From contig CAZYWP010000005.1 in the NCBI GenBank assembly GCA_964651495.1, positions 1 through 55,200 on the forward strand: a DNA stretch of 55,200 bases. The letters are read 5' to 3'. A model generated the notes under the pieces. The model was not told the DNA's origin, ran no database searches, and saw only the letters and a program-made list of their open reading frames with translations. The stretch is from an uncultured Eubacteriales bacterium (GTDB lineage Bacteria; Acidobacteriota; Aminicenantia; Aminicenantales; UBA8522). Shown here one piece after another: positions 47,091 through 55,200 of the stretch; the first letter of the stretch is position 1; every line of letters starts with the position of its first letter. A program made the position numbers and the translations under genes.

Positions 47091-47305
47091 TTAACAATCT
47101 CGCCTTTTTCTGAAGCTTTTAATCCCTGTTGGATGGCATCCATCCAGTCGGGTCGGGAAAGAATCTCGAGAGTCTCTTGGTGTCTTTCTAAATATTCTTC
47201 AATGAGCTCTGAGAGTATTTCCTTGATGTTCCTTTTCTCAACACTGGCAATGATTTTGAGGGTGTCTCTCTTGTCCTCAGAAATTCTTACGGTTGTTGTA
47301 GACAT
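47063..47305 (-). CDS. Cognate antitoxin (RHH-like N-terminus, YefM-like C-terminus)
   Basis: TTTVRISE, ELIEEYLE, ETLEILS.PD.MD.I..G; upstream of and overlapping the toxin. Confidence 0.8.
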   Translation of the reverse strand: MSTTTVRISEDKRDTLKIIASVEKRNIKEILSELIEEYLERHQETLEILSRPDWMDAIQQGLKASEKGEIVKWRKKTSGK

Positions 47306-47323
47306 ATTCGCTCTCCTGAAATT

Positions 47324-47352
47324 AGTCTACTTGTTTCAGTTTTTGTTGTCAA
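47324..47352 (-). promoter_or_regulatory. Sigma70 promoter TTGACA-N17-TAGACT of the TA operon
   Basis: Read directly on the minus strand; AGGAG RBS downstream. Confidence 0.75.
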
Positions 47353-47374
47353 GTCCAGGGCGCAAGAAATTCAG

Positions 47375-48036
47375 TTACAGTTTGGCGATGCCTTCTTTTA
47401 TCGCGTAGCGGACTAGGTCAGCCTGCTTGTGGAAGCAGAGCTTGCGCATGATGTTTTTCCTGTGGACGAGGGCGGTGTTTAAGCATAAATCCAGCTTCGA
47501 GGCGATCTCTTTCACGGTCAGCCCCTCGGCGATAAGCTGGAGGATTCCTCTTTCCCGCGGGGTGAGGGCCGAGGGTGCTCTGACCGCATCCCGGCTGTGC
47601 GTCTTGCTCTTCCCGCACAGAAAGCCGTGGACAAGAAACCCGGAGATGGCCGGGCTGACATAGTATCTTCCATTGCTCACTTCGCGGATGGCCTGAATCA
47701 CCTCATCGGTGGCGCTCTCCTTGAGCAGGTAGCCATGGGCGCTGCTGAGGAAGGCCTTCTCGACAATCGAGCGGCTGTCGTGGACGCTGAGAATGATGAC
47801 CTTGCTCCGGGGGTCCTTTCTGATGAACCTTGGGTAGTCTCGATGCCGTTGAGAACGGGCATGGACACATCCAGGATATAGACATCGACGCCGAGTTTCC
47901 CGGCCGTCTCCAGGGTGGCCAGGCCGGCAGATGCTTCGCCGACAATCTGGATATCGCTGCTCCCGGCCTCAATGGCGAAGCGCAGCCCTTCCCTGACGAT
48001 AGGGTGGTCATCAGCAAGAAAGACGCGGATGCTCAT
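47375..48036 (-). pseudogene. NarL/LuxR-family response regulator split by a 1-bp deletion
   Basis: REC start (LADDH.IVREG, LDVSMP.LNG) in one frame; IILSVH...GYLLK and the LuxR HTH (LTPRE..IL.LIAEG...KEIA..L) in another; 662 nt, one base short of 221 codons. Confidence 0.85.
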
Positions 48037-49574
48037 CTCCCGCGCCTCCCAAATAGGGGATCGGACTTCGGCGCAGACTCTGGTGCGGGCGTTGCTCCAC
48101 CGGCCGCCTCCGCGCGGAGACCGGAGTCGCGCTCCGCAGGCCTCTCGGCAGGCAGGGTAACAAGGATCTTTGTCCCTTTGCCCGGTGAGGAGTGGATTTC
48201 AAGCGTCCCATTCAGGGACTCGACCATTTCTCTGATCAGCCGGAGGCCCATCGCGGATTCTCCACCCTGACTATTTTTCTTAGGGTCAAATCCAAGCCCA
48301 TTATCTTTGATGGCCAGGCTTATCGTTCTTCTCTGGGATTTGAGGACAACTATTACTCTATTCGCGCGCGAATGTTTGAGGATGTTGTTGACGGCTTCCT
48401 GGACGATTCGGAAGACGACGATCGGCAGGTTGCCCTGAATTTTTTTATCATTTACGCTTGATCGAAAGTCAATCCTGAGGCCTGTCTTTTTTTCAATGTT
48501 TGAAAGGTAATGACCAAGCGCGCTCGAAAGGCCCAGGATATCCAGCTCGGGCGGCCGCATTTCGAGCGCCAGCCTCCTGAGATTTGAGACAAAATCATTG
48601 AATATGGCCCTGAATTTCTGGCAGGACTCCAGGGCCGCTTTCAGATTGTTGTTCTTTATATTTTTTTCCAGCGAACCCGAAAGCAAGTTTATCGCACCCG
48701 TGATATGGCCGATCTCCCCGTGAAGGTTCAGCGAAATTCTTCTCTTTTCTTCTTCTCTTGCCAGAAAAATCCGGCGGGCAAAATGCTTGAGCGCCTTATG
48801 CTGCCGGAGGATTATTTCATGGGCCTGCTTTTGGGCACTGATGTCATAGGAGATTCCGACGAAACCAACGAGATTCTCCTTAGGATCGCGGAGGGGGGTA
48901 ATGGAGACCATCGCCGGAAAGGCTGTTCCATCTTTGCGGCGGACGAGAATCTCACCGCTTCTGGTCTCCTTCCTTCCAAGTCTCTTCTTGGCAGTTCTGT
49001 CATCATCAACCCATGTTTTTATCGGAATGTTATCCCTGAGCTTGGCCCCGATTATTTCTGAAGCCTTCCAGCCATAAAGGGTCTCGGCAAACTTGTTCCA
49101 GTAGATAATCCTGCCCTTGAGGTCGGTGGCGAGGACGGCCTGGCTGACCGCGTCGAGGAGGTTCGATTGGAAACGGAAGCATATCTCTGCCAGCTTCCGG
49201 ATGGTCACATCATGGATCAGGGCAAGAGCCAGGTTTTTATCGCCGTATTTCACGGGAAAGCCCTGGACCTCGACAAAAACCTGGCTTCCGTCTTTTCGGT
49301 TCAATATGTACTCATTGGGTCCGCTCGGCTTGCCCTTTTTCCAATTATTGATAGAGGATTCAAGTTTAGCTAATTGATTGGGGGTTATGATGTTGAGCTC
49401 GGAAACTTTTTTCCCTTTTAGCTCCTCACGAGAGTAGCCGAAGAGCTTAGCCGCCGCTTCGTTGACGTCGATCAAGACACCGGTTAGGTCAACCAGGTAG
49501 TAGGCGACTGGAGAAGATTCGAATATTGTCCTCAGCCAGATTTCCGCCTCTCCAAGCCCTCCTCTCCTAATCAA
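48033..49574 (-). CDS. Cytoplasmic PAS-PAS HisKA_3 sensor histidine kinase
   Basis: Two PAS/PAC repeats (VNEAA..LFGYS.EEL; WN..AE.LYGW), LHGEIG, LRP..L..LGL, EAVNN..KH, DNG.GFD, MGL..IRE, S.PG.GT; start uncertain. Confidence 0.88.
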   Translation of the reverse strand: MIRRGGLGEAEIWLRTIFESSPVAYYLVDLTGVLIDVNEAAAKLFGYSREELKGKKVSELNIITPNQLAKLESSINNWKKGKPSGPNEYILNRKDGSQVFVEVQGFPVKYGDKNLALALIHDVTIRKLAEICFRFQSNLLDAVSQAVLATDLKGRIIYWNKFAETLYGWKASEIIGAKLRDNIPIKTWVDDDRTAKKRLGRKETRSGEILVRRKDGTAFPAMVSITPLRDPKENLVGFVGISYDISAQKQAHEIILRQHKALKHFARRIFLAREEEKRRISLNLHGEIGHITGAINLLSGSLEKNIKNNNLKAALESCQKFRAIFNDFVSNLRRLALEMRPPELDILGLSSALGHYLSNIEKKTGLRIDFRSSVNDKKIQGNLPIVVFRIVQEAVNNILKHSRANRVIVVLKSQRRTISLAIKDNGLGFDPKKNSQGGESAMGLRLIREMVESLNGTLEIHSSPGKGTKILVTLPAERPAERDSGLRAEAAGGATPAPESAPKSDPLFGRRGR

Positions 49575-49829
49575 GGTCTATCTCTGTCTCTGAAGCGTGT
49601 TTTCTGGTTCGAAAACCTGAGCAGACCCATCGCGGCCCAAAATATTGCGAATATCCGGTGGCAAGGCTGACCAACTTTCTTTTGCTTTTTGTCGGTCTCA
49701 TCAACTTTTAAGACCGTAACGTGTTTATAGTATAAAATAGCTATTGGAAAATCAAGGACTTATTAACTTAATGTGACGATTTTCCCATCCTACCATCGTG
49801 GGGAACTGTAAATCACGGCTAAAATGATA

Positions 49830-52800
49830 TCAATGCAACCCATGAGGCGAGGAGGATGGAGTGAGGCGCTTCTTCGCATCTACCAACTCAGGAATGCCCG
49901 GGTCGGCGTCTTTCCACAGCTCAAGGAATCTCGTATACTCTCTTCTTGCCTCTTCCTTCAAGCTTTTCTGCTCGTACAATTTTGCCGCTCGATAATGATA
50001 GATGGGATTATGCATCCTGCGGTCCTGGCTCGCCGGGTCGAAGGTAACTAATTTCTTGTATTCGTCGATCGCCCCGTCCAAGTTCCCCATCTTCTGATGG
50101 GCCCGCGCCAGGACGTCCTGGTCCAGCGGAAAGTTATACCAGGTGAATGTCCGAGCATAGGCCGGGTTGAAGATGGGGATATTCAAGGCGAACTCTTTTT
50201 CCATAAAGCTTATAGCCTCGTCCGCTTTCCCTTCAGACAGCATAATTTCCGCCTGAAGGATGCGGTAGTTTTTCTGGAGCTGCAGGTAAAGGTTGCGTTG
50301 ATTTCCAGGGAATCCTGCCATCAACGACCGGATTTCGTCGACCCTTTGCTTGGCTTCTCTGGTCTGCCCCCTTTTCCATTCGACAAATCCAAGCCAAAGG
50401 CTGTTTTCTACGGGAATCAACCATTCGAGTTGGGGCAGGGCTTCTTTGGCATCCTTCTGGTATTCTGAAAACCGCTTGACAGCCGCATCAAACTCGCCCC
50501 GTTCCAAATAAAAATTGGCCTGGACGAGTTTGGCCAAGGCGGTCCCGTATGCATCTCCGATCGATTCCCAGGCTACCCTGACTCGTTCCATTTCCACCCC
50601 GGCCTGCTCTCGTTTGCCCAGGACATAGTTAAAAATCGCTTTCCACCAGTAACCGAGGCTCTGGACGCTCTTGGATGGTGCGGCGAGAATGAATTGGTCC
50701 AGCCAGCCCATCGCCTCTGCGTAAGCTCCCTTGACGGCATAAATATTGGCGATGATATCCTCGGAACCAAAATCCGGCTTGATCCGCACCGCTTCTCTGT
50801 ATTGGGCGACCGCCTCATCGAGCCGGCCGGTGAGGAAGTAGAGTTGCCCCAGAGAATCCAAGGGATTGGCGTCTTCCGGAGCCACGGAAACGGCCTTTTT
50901 CAGGTATTCTTCCGCTTTGCCGAGATCCCCCGTCTCCATATACAAATAGCCAAGCTGATTCAGGATGGTTGCCCACTGGGGATCCAGCTCCAGGGCTTTG
51001 CTTGCTTCTGCGATCGCTTCCGGATACATCTTTTTCTGTTGGTAAATCCCAAAAAGTGTACTGTGGACTTCCTTTTCCTTGGGATATTTGGCGGCGATTT
51101 CCTGGAGGATGCCGAAATCTTTATCGGCATTTTTCTCCACCCTCCTGGCATAGGTGGCCTCGATGTACAATCGCTCTTTTTCGGCCGCCCTTCCGGAATG
51201 AGCCTTGGCTTTCTCCAGAGCCTCGGCTGCCAGCTGAGGCCTATTTAAATATCGGTAGACTTGATAAAGGGACAGATAGGCCACGGCGAATTGGGGATCG
51301 AGCTCTACGGCTTTTTCCAGGTTATTGCGAGCATCTTCGAAGTACATTTTGTCCAAATTTTCCCGCCCTTCGAGGAAATACTTGTAGGCATCCAGCGAAG
51401 GCGTTTGCACCGGCGCCGAGTCCCGGCTTGTCTCTTCGGCCGCCTTCTGGGACAGGCCGACGCCGCGGGATATTTCCCGGCTCAGTTGGCCGATTTGCTT
51501 GTCCAGGATGCTCTGCGCCCCCTCCCCTCTGGCGGTGGCACTTCTCAGCAATTTCCTGGTCTGGACGTCAAACATCTTCACGTCCGTGGCAAACGTCTCG
51601 CCCGCCTTGACATAGCTGCCCAGGACGAGAGCATCGACATTGTCCTTCTTACACAGTTCAAAACCGAGCTCGCTGTCGATGATGTCGGCCTGTTCCTTCC
51701 CCACCTGCCTGAGGAGGTCGCGCAGCCGTTCGAAGGTCGTGACGTGGAGATATTTTGACTGTTCCAGGCTGGTGATCAAAAGGTTGGGGATGGCGGCCTG
51801 GAGGTAATCGTAGGCCTGGTCCCCCGTTTGATTTTGAAAAGTGATGACCGCTATAGCCCTCTCCACGGCTTTCGCTCTAAAAACAACACGCCAGAGCACG
51901 AGCCCGACGACGACTATCCCTGCAACCGCCAGAATGGGGATCAAGAGTCTCTTCAGCCCGAAAGTCACCGTGATTTCTCTGGAGGTCAGGGCTTTTTTCT
52001 TGGGTTTATCTCTTTCGGCAGAGGGGAATCCTTTTTCGATGGCCTCAATCTCTGCGCGCAGCTCATCGGCCGTCTGAAACCTCTTCTCTTTTTCTTTTTC
52101 CAGGCACCTGAGGATCAGCCGGCTGAGGGCTGCGGGAAGCTGCGGGTTCCATTCCTTTGGATCCCTGGGCTTCTCGCCCTTATGCTTCATGGCTACGCTG
52201 AGCGGTGTCTCGCCTTCGAAAGGAACGCGGCCGGTGACCATCTCGTAGAGGATGACTCCCAGCGAATAAATATCCGACCGGCCGTCCACCTCTTTCGCTT
52301 CCGCCTGCTCCGGTGACATGTAGTCGGGTGTCCCGATGATGAACCCGGTCCCGGTGATCGCCTCTGTCCTGAGCGAGCGGGCGATCCCGAAGTCCATGAT
52401 CTTGGCGTTTCCCTCGCGGTCGATCATGATGTTGCCGGGCTTGAGATCGCGGTGGACGACGCCCAGCCGGTGGGCTTCGGCCAAGCCTTCCGCGACCTGG
52501 CCAGCGATGAAAAGCGCTTTGGCCGAAGGCAGTTGGCCGATCCTTTTGATCAAGCTTTTCAGGTCCTCCCCGGCGACATATTCCATGGTGATGAAGTGGA
52601 CTCCGCCGGATTCTCCCAGGTCATGCATGCGGCAGACGTTGCGGTGCGAGATTTTACGGGCGATCTTTAATTCCTGATTGAACCTGGCGATGATCTTCCG
52701 GTCCGAGGAGATCTGGGGATTGATCAGCTTAAGTGCGATTTCCTCGCTAATTTTTTTGTCTTCGGCTCGATAGACGGCGCCCATGCCGCCCCGCCCCAGC

Positions 52801-52994
52801 TCTTCGATGATCTCGTACCGGCCGGCGAAGACCGTCCCGCGGGCAAGGTCCAATTGGGGCATACTCAACGTCTCGGTCGTGGAAACCGAGAATTCCGGAG
52901 AAGACGGAAGCGGAGTCCCGCACTTGCCGCAATAAAAGGTATCAGGGGGGTTATCAAACTCGCATTTCGGACAGCTGACGGGTTCTTTTTTCAC
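49830..52994 (-). CDS. Zinc-ribbon / Hanks Ser/Thr kinase / TM / TolB-like / TPR protein
   Basis: CPKC...CGKC; GRGGMG.VY, ALK, HRDLKPGN, DFG, GTPDYMSPEQ, DIYSLG; TM helix; TPR repeats; GTG at 52994 preferred. Confidence 0.92.
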   Translation of the reverse strand: MKKEPVSCPKCEFDNPPDTFYCGKCGTPLPSSPEFSVSTTETLSMPQLDLARGTVFAGRYEIIEELGRGGMGAVYRAEDKKISEEIALKLINPQISSDRKIIARFNQELKIARKISHRNVCRMHDLGESGGVHFITMEYVAGEDLKSLIKRIGQLPSAKALFIAGQVAEGLAEAHRLGVVHRDLKPGNIMIDREGNAKIMDFGIARSLRTEAITGTGFIIGTPDYMSPEQAEAKEVDGRSDIYSLGVILYEMVTGRVPFEGETPLSVAMKHKGEKPRDPKEWNPQLPAALSRLILRCLEKEKEKRFQTADELRAEIEAIEKGFPSAERDKPKKKALTSREITVTFGLKRLLIPILAVAGIVVVGLVLWRVVFRAKAVERAIAVITFQNQTGDQAYDYLQAAIPNLLITSLEQSKYLHVTTFERLRDLLRQVGKEQADIIDSELGFELCKKDNVDALVLGSYVKAGETFATDVKMFDVQTRKLLRSATARGEGAQSILDKQIGQLSREISRGVGLSQKAAEETSRDSAPVQTPSLDAYKYFLEGRENLDKMYFEDARNNLEKAVELDPQFAVAYLSLYQVYRYLNRPQLAAEALEKAKAHSGRAAEKERLYIEATYARRVEKNADKDFGILQEIAAKYPKEKEVHSTLFGIYQQKKMYPEAIAEASKALELDPQWATILNQLGYLYMETGDLGKAEEYLKKAVSVAPEDANPLDSLGQLYFLTGRLDEAVAQYREAVRIKPDFGSEDIIANIYAVKGAYAEAMGWLDQFILAAPSKSVQSLGYWWKAIFNYVLGKREQAGVEMERVRVAWESIGDAYGTALAKLVQANFYLERGEFDAAVKRFSEYQKDAKEALPQLEWLIPVENSLWLGFVEWKRGQTREAKQRVDEIRSLMAGFPGNQRNLYLQLQKNYRILQAEIMLSEGKADEAISFMEKEFALNIPIFNPAYARTFTWYNFPLDQDVLARAHQKMGNLDGAIDEYKKLVTFDPASQDRRMHNPIYHYRAAKLYEQKSLKEEARREYTRFLELWKDADPGIPELVDAKKRLTPSSSPHGLH

Positions 52995-53066
52995 TTTTCT
53001 GCTTGTTGGCAAGAAGATATCAACTCTGCGAAAATTAGTCAACCGGCTGGTGACGGCTGACTTACC

Positions 53067-53609
53067 CTAGCGCTCTATTCTCTCCAGCCGCTGAACAATG
53101 GCCGTGTACTTCTCGTGGATCATGCGGCGGTCAAACTCCCGCATCTCCTCCAACATTGCATCCTGCTCCTCGCGGCTGAAGTACTTCAATGAGGCGGGAA
53201 AAAACACCTTGTCTTCCTTCCTGATGTGCTCGGGATAGAAACTGGCCAAGCCGGCCATCCTTTCGGCTGCTGCGCCAACAGCTCTCTTGTCTCCAGAAAG
53301 GCAGCGCTCCTTGGCTTCCACCAGCTCGGCGACTATCTTGCGCGCATAGGCATGCTCGTCAACCAGCTCCTGCATGACCCGGCGGTCCTCTGTTGATAGA
53401 TTTTTTTGAGCGAGATCTCTAAACAGGATGTTCTCTTCCTTTCCATGATGCGTCCGGTCGGCATACACCCGGATGAAATCCACGAGAGTGTCGATGAGCA
53501 GTGGATCCACTTTGCCATTCCGGGCTATTCTCTCCGCTTCTTGGCGCAGAACCTCAATCCCTTTCTCGATGAGCCGGTGCTCAATCATTAGCGGGCCAAT
53601 CGTTAACAT
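53067..53609 (-). CDS. Hemerythrin/HHE cation-binding domain protein
   Basis: EHRLI, HH.KEE..LF, EH, HI.KED.VFFP. Confidence 0.9.
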   Translation of the reverse strand: MLTIGPLMIEHRLIEKGIEVLRQEAERIARNGKVDPLLIDTLVDFIRVYADRTHHGKEENILFRDLAQKNLSTEDRRVMQELVDEHAYARKIVAELVEAKERCLSGDKRAVGAAAERMAGLASFYPEHIRKEDKVFFPASLKYFSREEQDAMLEEMREFDRRMIHEKYTAIVQRLERIER

Positions 53610-53637
53610 GGCTGAATCTCCTTAACTCGGCATCCGA

Positions 53638-54129
53638 CTATTTCTTTCCCAGCTTTTTTTTCGTGTATTCGATCAGGCCGCCGGCCTCAATAATACCAAT
53701 GACGGACTCGGGAAGCGGGAAAAACTTGAAGACGCGCTCGCCCGCAATGATCTTCCCTCCCGCGAAGTCGATTTCGACCTCGTCGCCCGTCTTCAGCGCC
53801 TCCGACGCCTCCTCGCACTGAAGAACGGCCAGCCCCAGGTTGATGGCGTTGCGGAAATAGATTCGGGCGAAGGATTGTGCGACCACGGCCTGAACCCCGG
53901 CCGCCCTCAGGCAGCTCGCCGCCTGCTCCCGCGAACTCCCGCAGCCGAAATTCTTCCCCCCCACGATGACATCGCCGGGCTTCACGTTTTTGGCGAACTC
54001 GGGTTCGAGGTCCTCCATGGCGTGCTTGGCCATCTCGGCCGGCTCCATGAGCTGGTAAGTGTACCGCCCCGGAAAAATGACATCGGTGTTGACGTCGTCC
54101 CCGTACCTCCAAACGCGTCCTTTGCTCAT
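53638..54129 (-). CDS. Aconitase-family hydro-lyase small subunit (LeuD/HacB-like), pair 2
   Basis: [44 protein letters not shown]; true ATG at 54129. Confidence 0.92.
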   Translation of the reverse strand: MSKGRVWRYGDDVNTDVIFPGRYTYQLMEPAEMAKHAMEDLEPEFAKNVKPGDVIVGGKNFGCGSSREQAASCLRAAGVQAVVAQSFARIYFRNAINLGLAVLQCEEASEALKTGDEVEIDFAGGKIIAGERVFKFFPLPESVIGIIEAGGLIEYTKKKLGKK

Positions 54130-55200
54130 AGGAGTTTCCTCGGGTCTGTGATCTTGCCTTCCAGGGCTGAGGCTGCGGCCGTCGCCGGAGAAGCCAAGTA
54201 GATCTCGGAGTCGCGGTTTCCCATCCGGCCCCGGAAATTGCGGTTCGAGGTGCTGACCACGACCTCGCCCGCCGCCAGCAGGCCTTCGTGAGCGCCGAGA
54301 CAGGGCCCGCAGCCGGGGTTGAGGATGACACAGCCGGCCTCGGACAGGGTTTCGAGGAGGCCCTTTCGCATCGCCTCGAGGTAGACCTCTCGCGACGCCG
54401 GGAGTACGAGAGCGCGGACGCGCGGATGGACTTTCTTGCCTTTGACGATCCGGGCCGCGACCTCGAGGTCCTCCAGGCGGCCGTTCGTACATGTGCCGAT
54501 GAGGGCCTGGTGGAAGGGCTTGCCCTCCGCTTCGCGCACGGGCTTGACGTTGTCCACGGTGTGCGGGCAGGCGACCTGCGGCTCGATCGCAGACAGATCG
54601 TACTTCAGGATAGCTTCGTACTTGGCGCCGGGATCCGATCTCACGATCTCATAGTCGGCCCGCGCCCGCGCTTTCACCCACTCGAGAGTCTTTCCGTCCG
54701 GCTCGAAATAGCCGTTCTTGGCGCCCATCTCGGCAGCCATGTTCGCCATCACCATACGCGAGGCCAGGCTGAAATCGCCGGCCGCCGGCCCCGAGAACTC
54801 TATGGCTTCGTAGTTAGCCCGGTCGGCGCCGTGGTCGCCGATGATTTTGAGGATGGCATCCTTGGCATAGACGCCGGCCGGCAGCTTTCCGGAAAACTCT
54901 ACCCGCAGCGTCTCCGGCACACGCAGCCAGATCTCGTCCGTGGCCCAGATGCTGGCCGTCTCGGTCCGGCCGATGCCGGCGGCAAACGCCCCGAACGCCC
55001 CGTAGGTCGTCGTATGGGAATCGCTCCCGACGATGAGTTTTCCCGGCAGGGCGAAGCTCGCCTCGCTCAGGACTTGGTGGCAGACGCCGTGCTGGATATC
55101 GAAGAAATGCGGGATGCCCTGCGCCGCCACAAACTCGCGGATCGTCTTGTGGTTCTGGGCGTATTTCTCGTCGGCGGCCGGGACGATGTGGTCGAGGACG
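54126..55200 (-). CDS. Aconitase-family hydro-lyase large subunit (LeuC/HacA-like), pair 2, 5'-truncated by the window edge
   Basis: Frame open to the window end (VLDHIVPA); GVCHQV, GSDSHTTTYGA, GTCTNGRLED, NPGCGPC, STSNRNF.GRMG. Confidence 0.92.
   Translation of the reverse strand, partial: VLDHIVPAADEKYAQNHKTIREFVAAQGIPHFFDIQHGVCHQVLSEASFALPGKLIVGSDSHTTTYGAFGAFAAGIGRTETASIWATDEIWLRVPETLRVEFSGKLPAGVYAKDAILKIIGDHGADRANYEAIEFSGPAAGDFSLASRMVMANMAAEMGAKNGYFEPDGKTLEWVKARARADYEIVRSDPGAKYEAILKYDLSAIEPQVACPHTVDNVKPVREAEGKPFHQALIGTCTNGRLEDLEVAARIVKGKKVHPRVRALVLPASREVYLEAMRKGLLETLSEAGCVILNPGCGPCLGAHEGLLAAGEVVVSTSNRNFRGRMGNRDSEIYLASPATAAASALEGKITDPRKLL

Noticed and set aside
46400-49830. Prophage, ICE or IS call for the AT-rich TA/two-component segment
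   Set aside because: No integrase, transposase, att repeats or flanking tRNA found.
41980-55200. Assigning leuB/leuC/leuD or lysT/lysU/hicdh symbols
   Set aside because: Family membership is clear but substrate specificity is not readable from motifs, and pair 1 has an altered active site.

Overview
A GC-rich bacterial chromosomal window with about 45 mostly minus-strand CDSs. I recognised no rRNA, tRNA, CRISPR array, integrase or transposase. The gene repertoire (signal-peptide hydrolases, VWA-like secreted proteins, zinc-ribbon Ser/Thr kinase-TPR) suggests Acidobacteriota, possibly Aminicenantia; this is inference only. Main blocks: (1) 0.7-10.5 kb, a run of hydrolase/transport genes (two M20 amidohydrolases, APC permease, GH38-like glycosidase, B12-binding radical SAM, Tat aldo/keto reductase). 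(2) 11.0-15.3 kb, a beta-barrel protein, comM and a VWA-like gene; a diverged 159-bp copy of comM's 3' part flanks an AT-rich orphan stretch. (3) 15.7-32.9 kb, a surface-glycan locus with seven GT4s interleaved with stand-alone coiled-coil proteins, an orphan MglA-type GTPase, two GT-C membrane glycosyltransferases and a DUF4214-radical SAM-SPASM enzyme with a non-canonical CX5CX2C motif. (4) 33-41.9 kb, TIGR00725, truA, a second VWA paralogue, C69 peptidase, YeiH-type transporter, a third GT-C, rimI and tsaB. (5) 42-55.2 kb, two aconitase-family (LeuCD/HacAB-like) pairs, one lacking the catalytic His, plus a decarboxylating dehydrogenase, a RelE-type TA pair, a frameshifted NarL-type regulator with its PAS kinase, a Ser/Thr kinase and a hemerythrin. 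Non-coding highlights are a two-copy MITE/REP-like element, an (ATAG)7 microsatellite, operator-like palindromes and several consensus sigma70 promoters.
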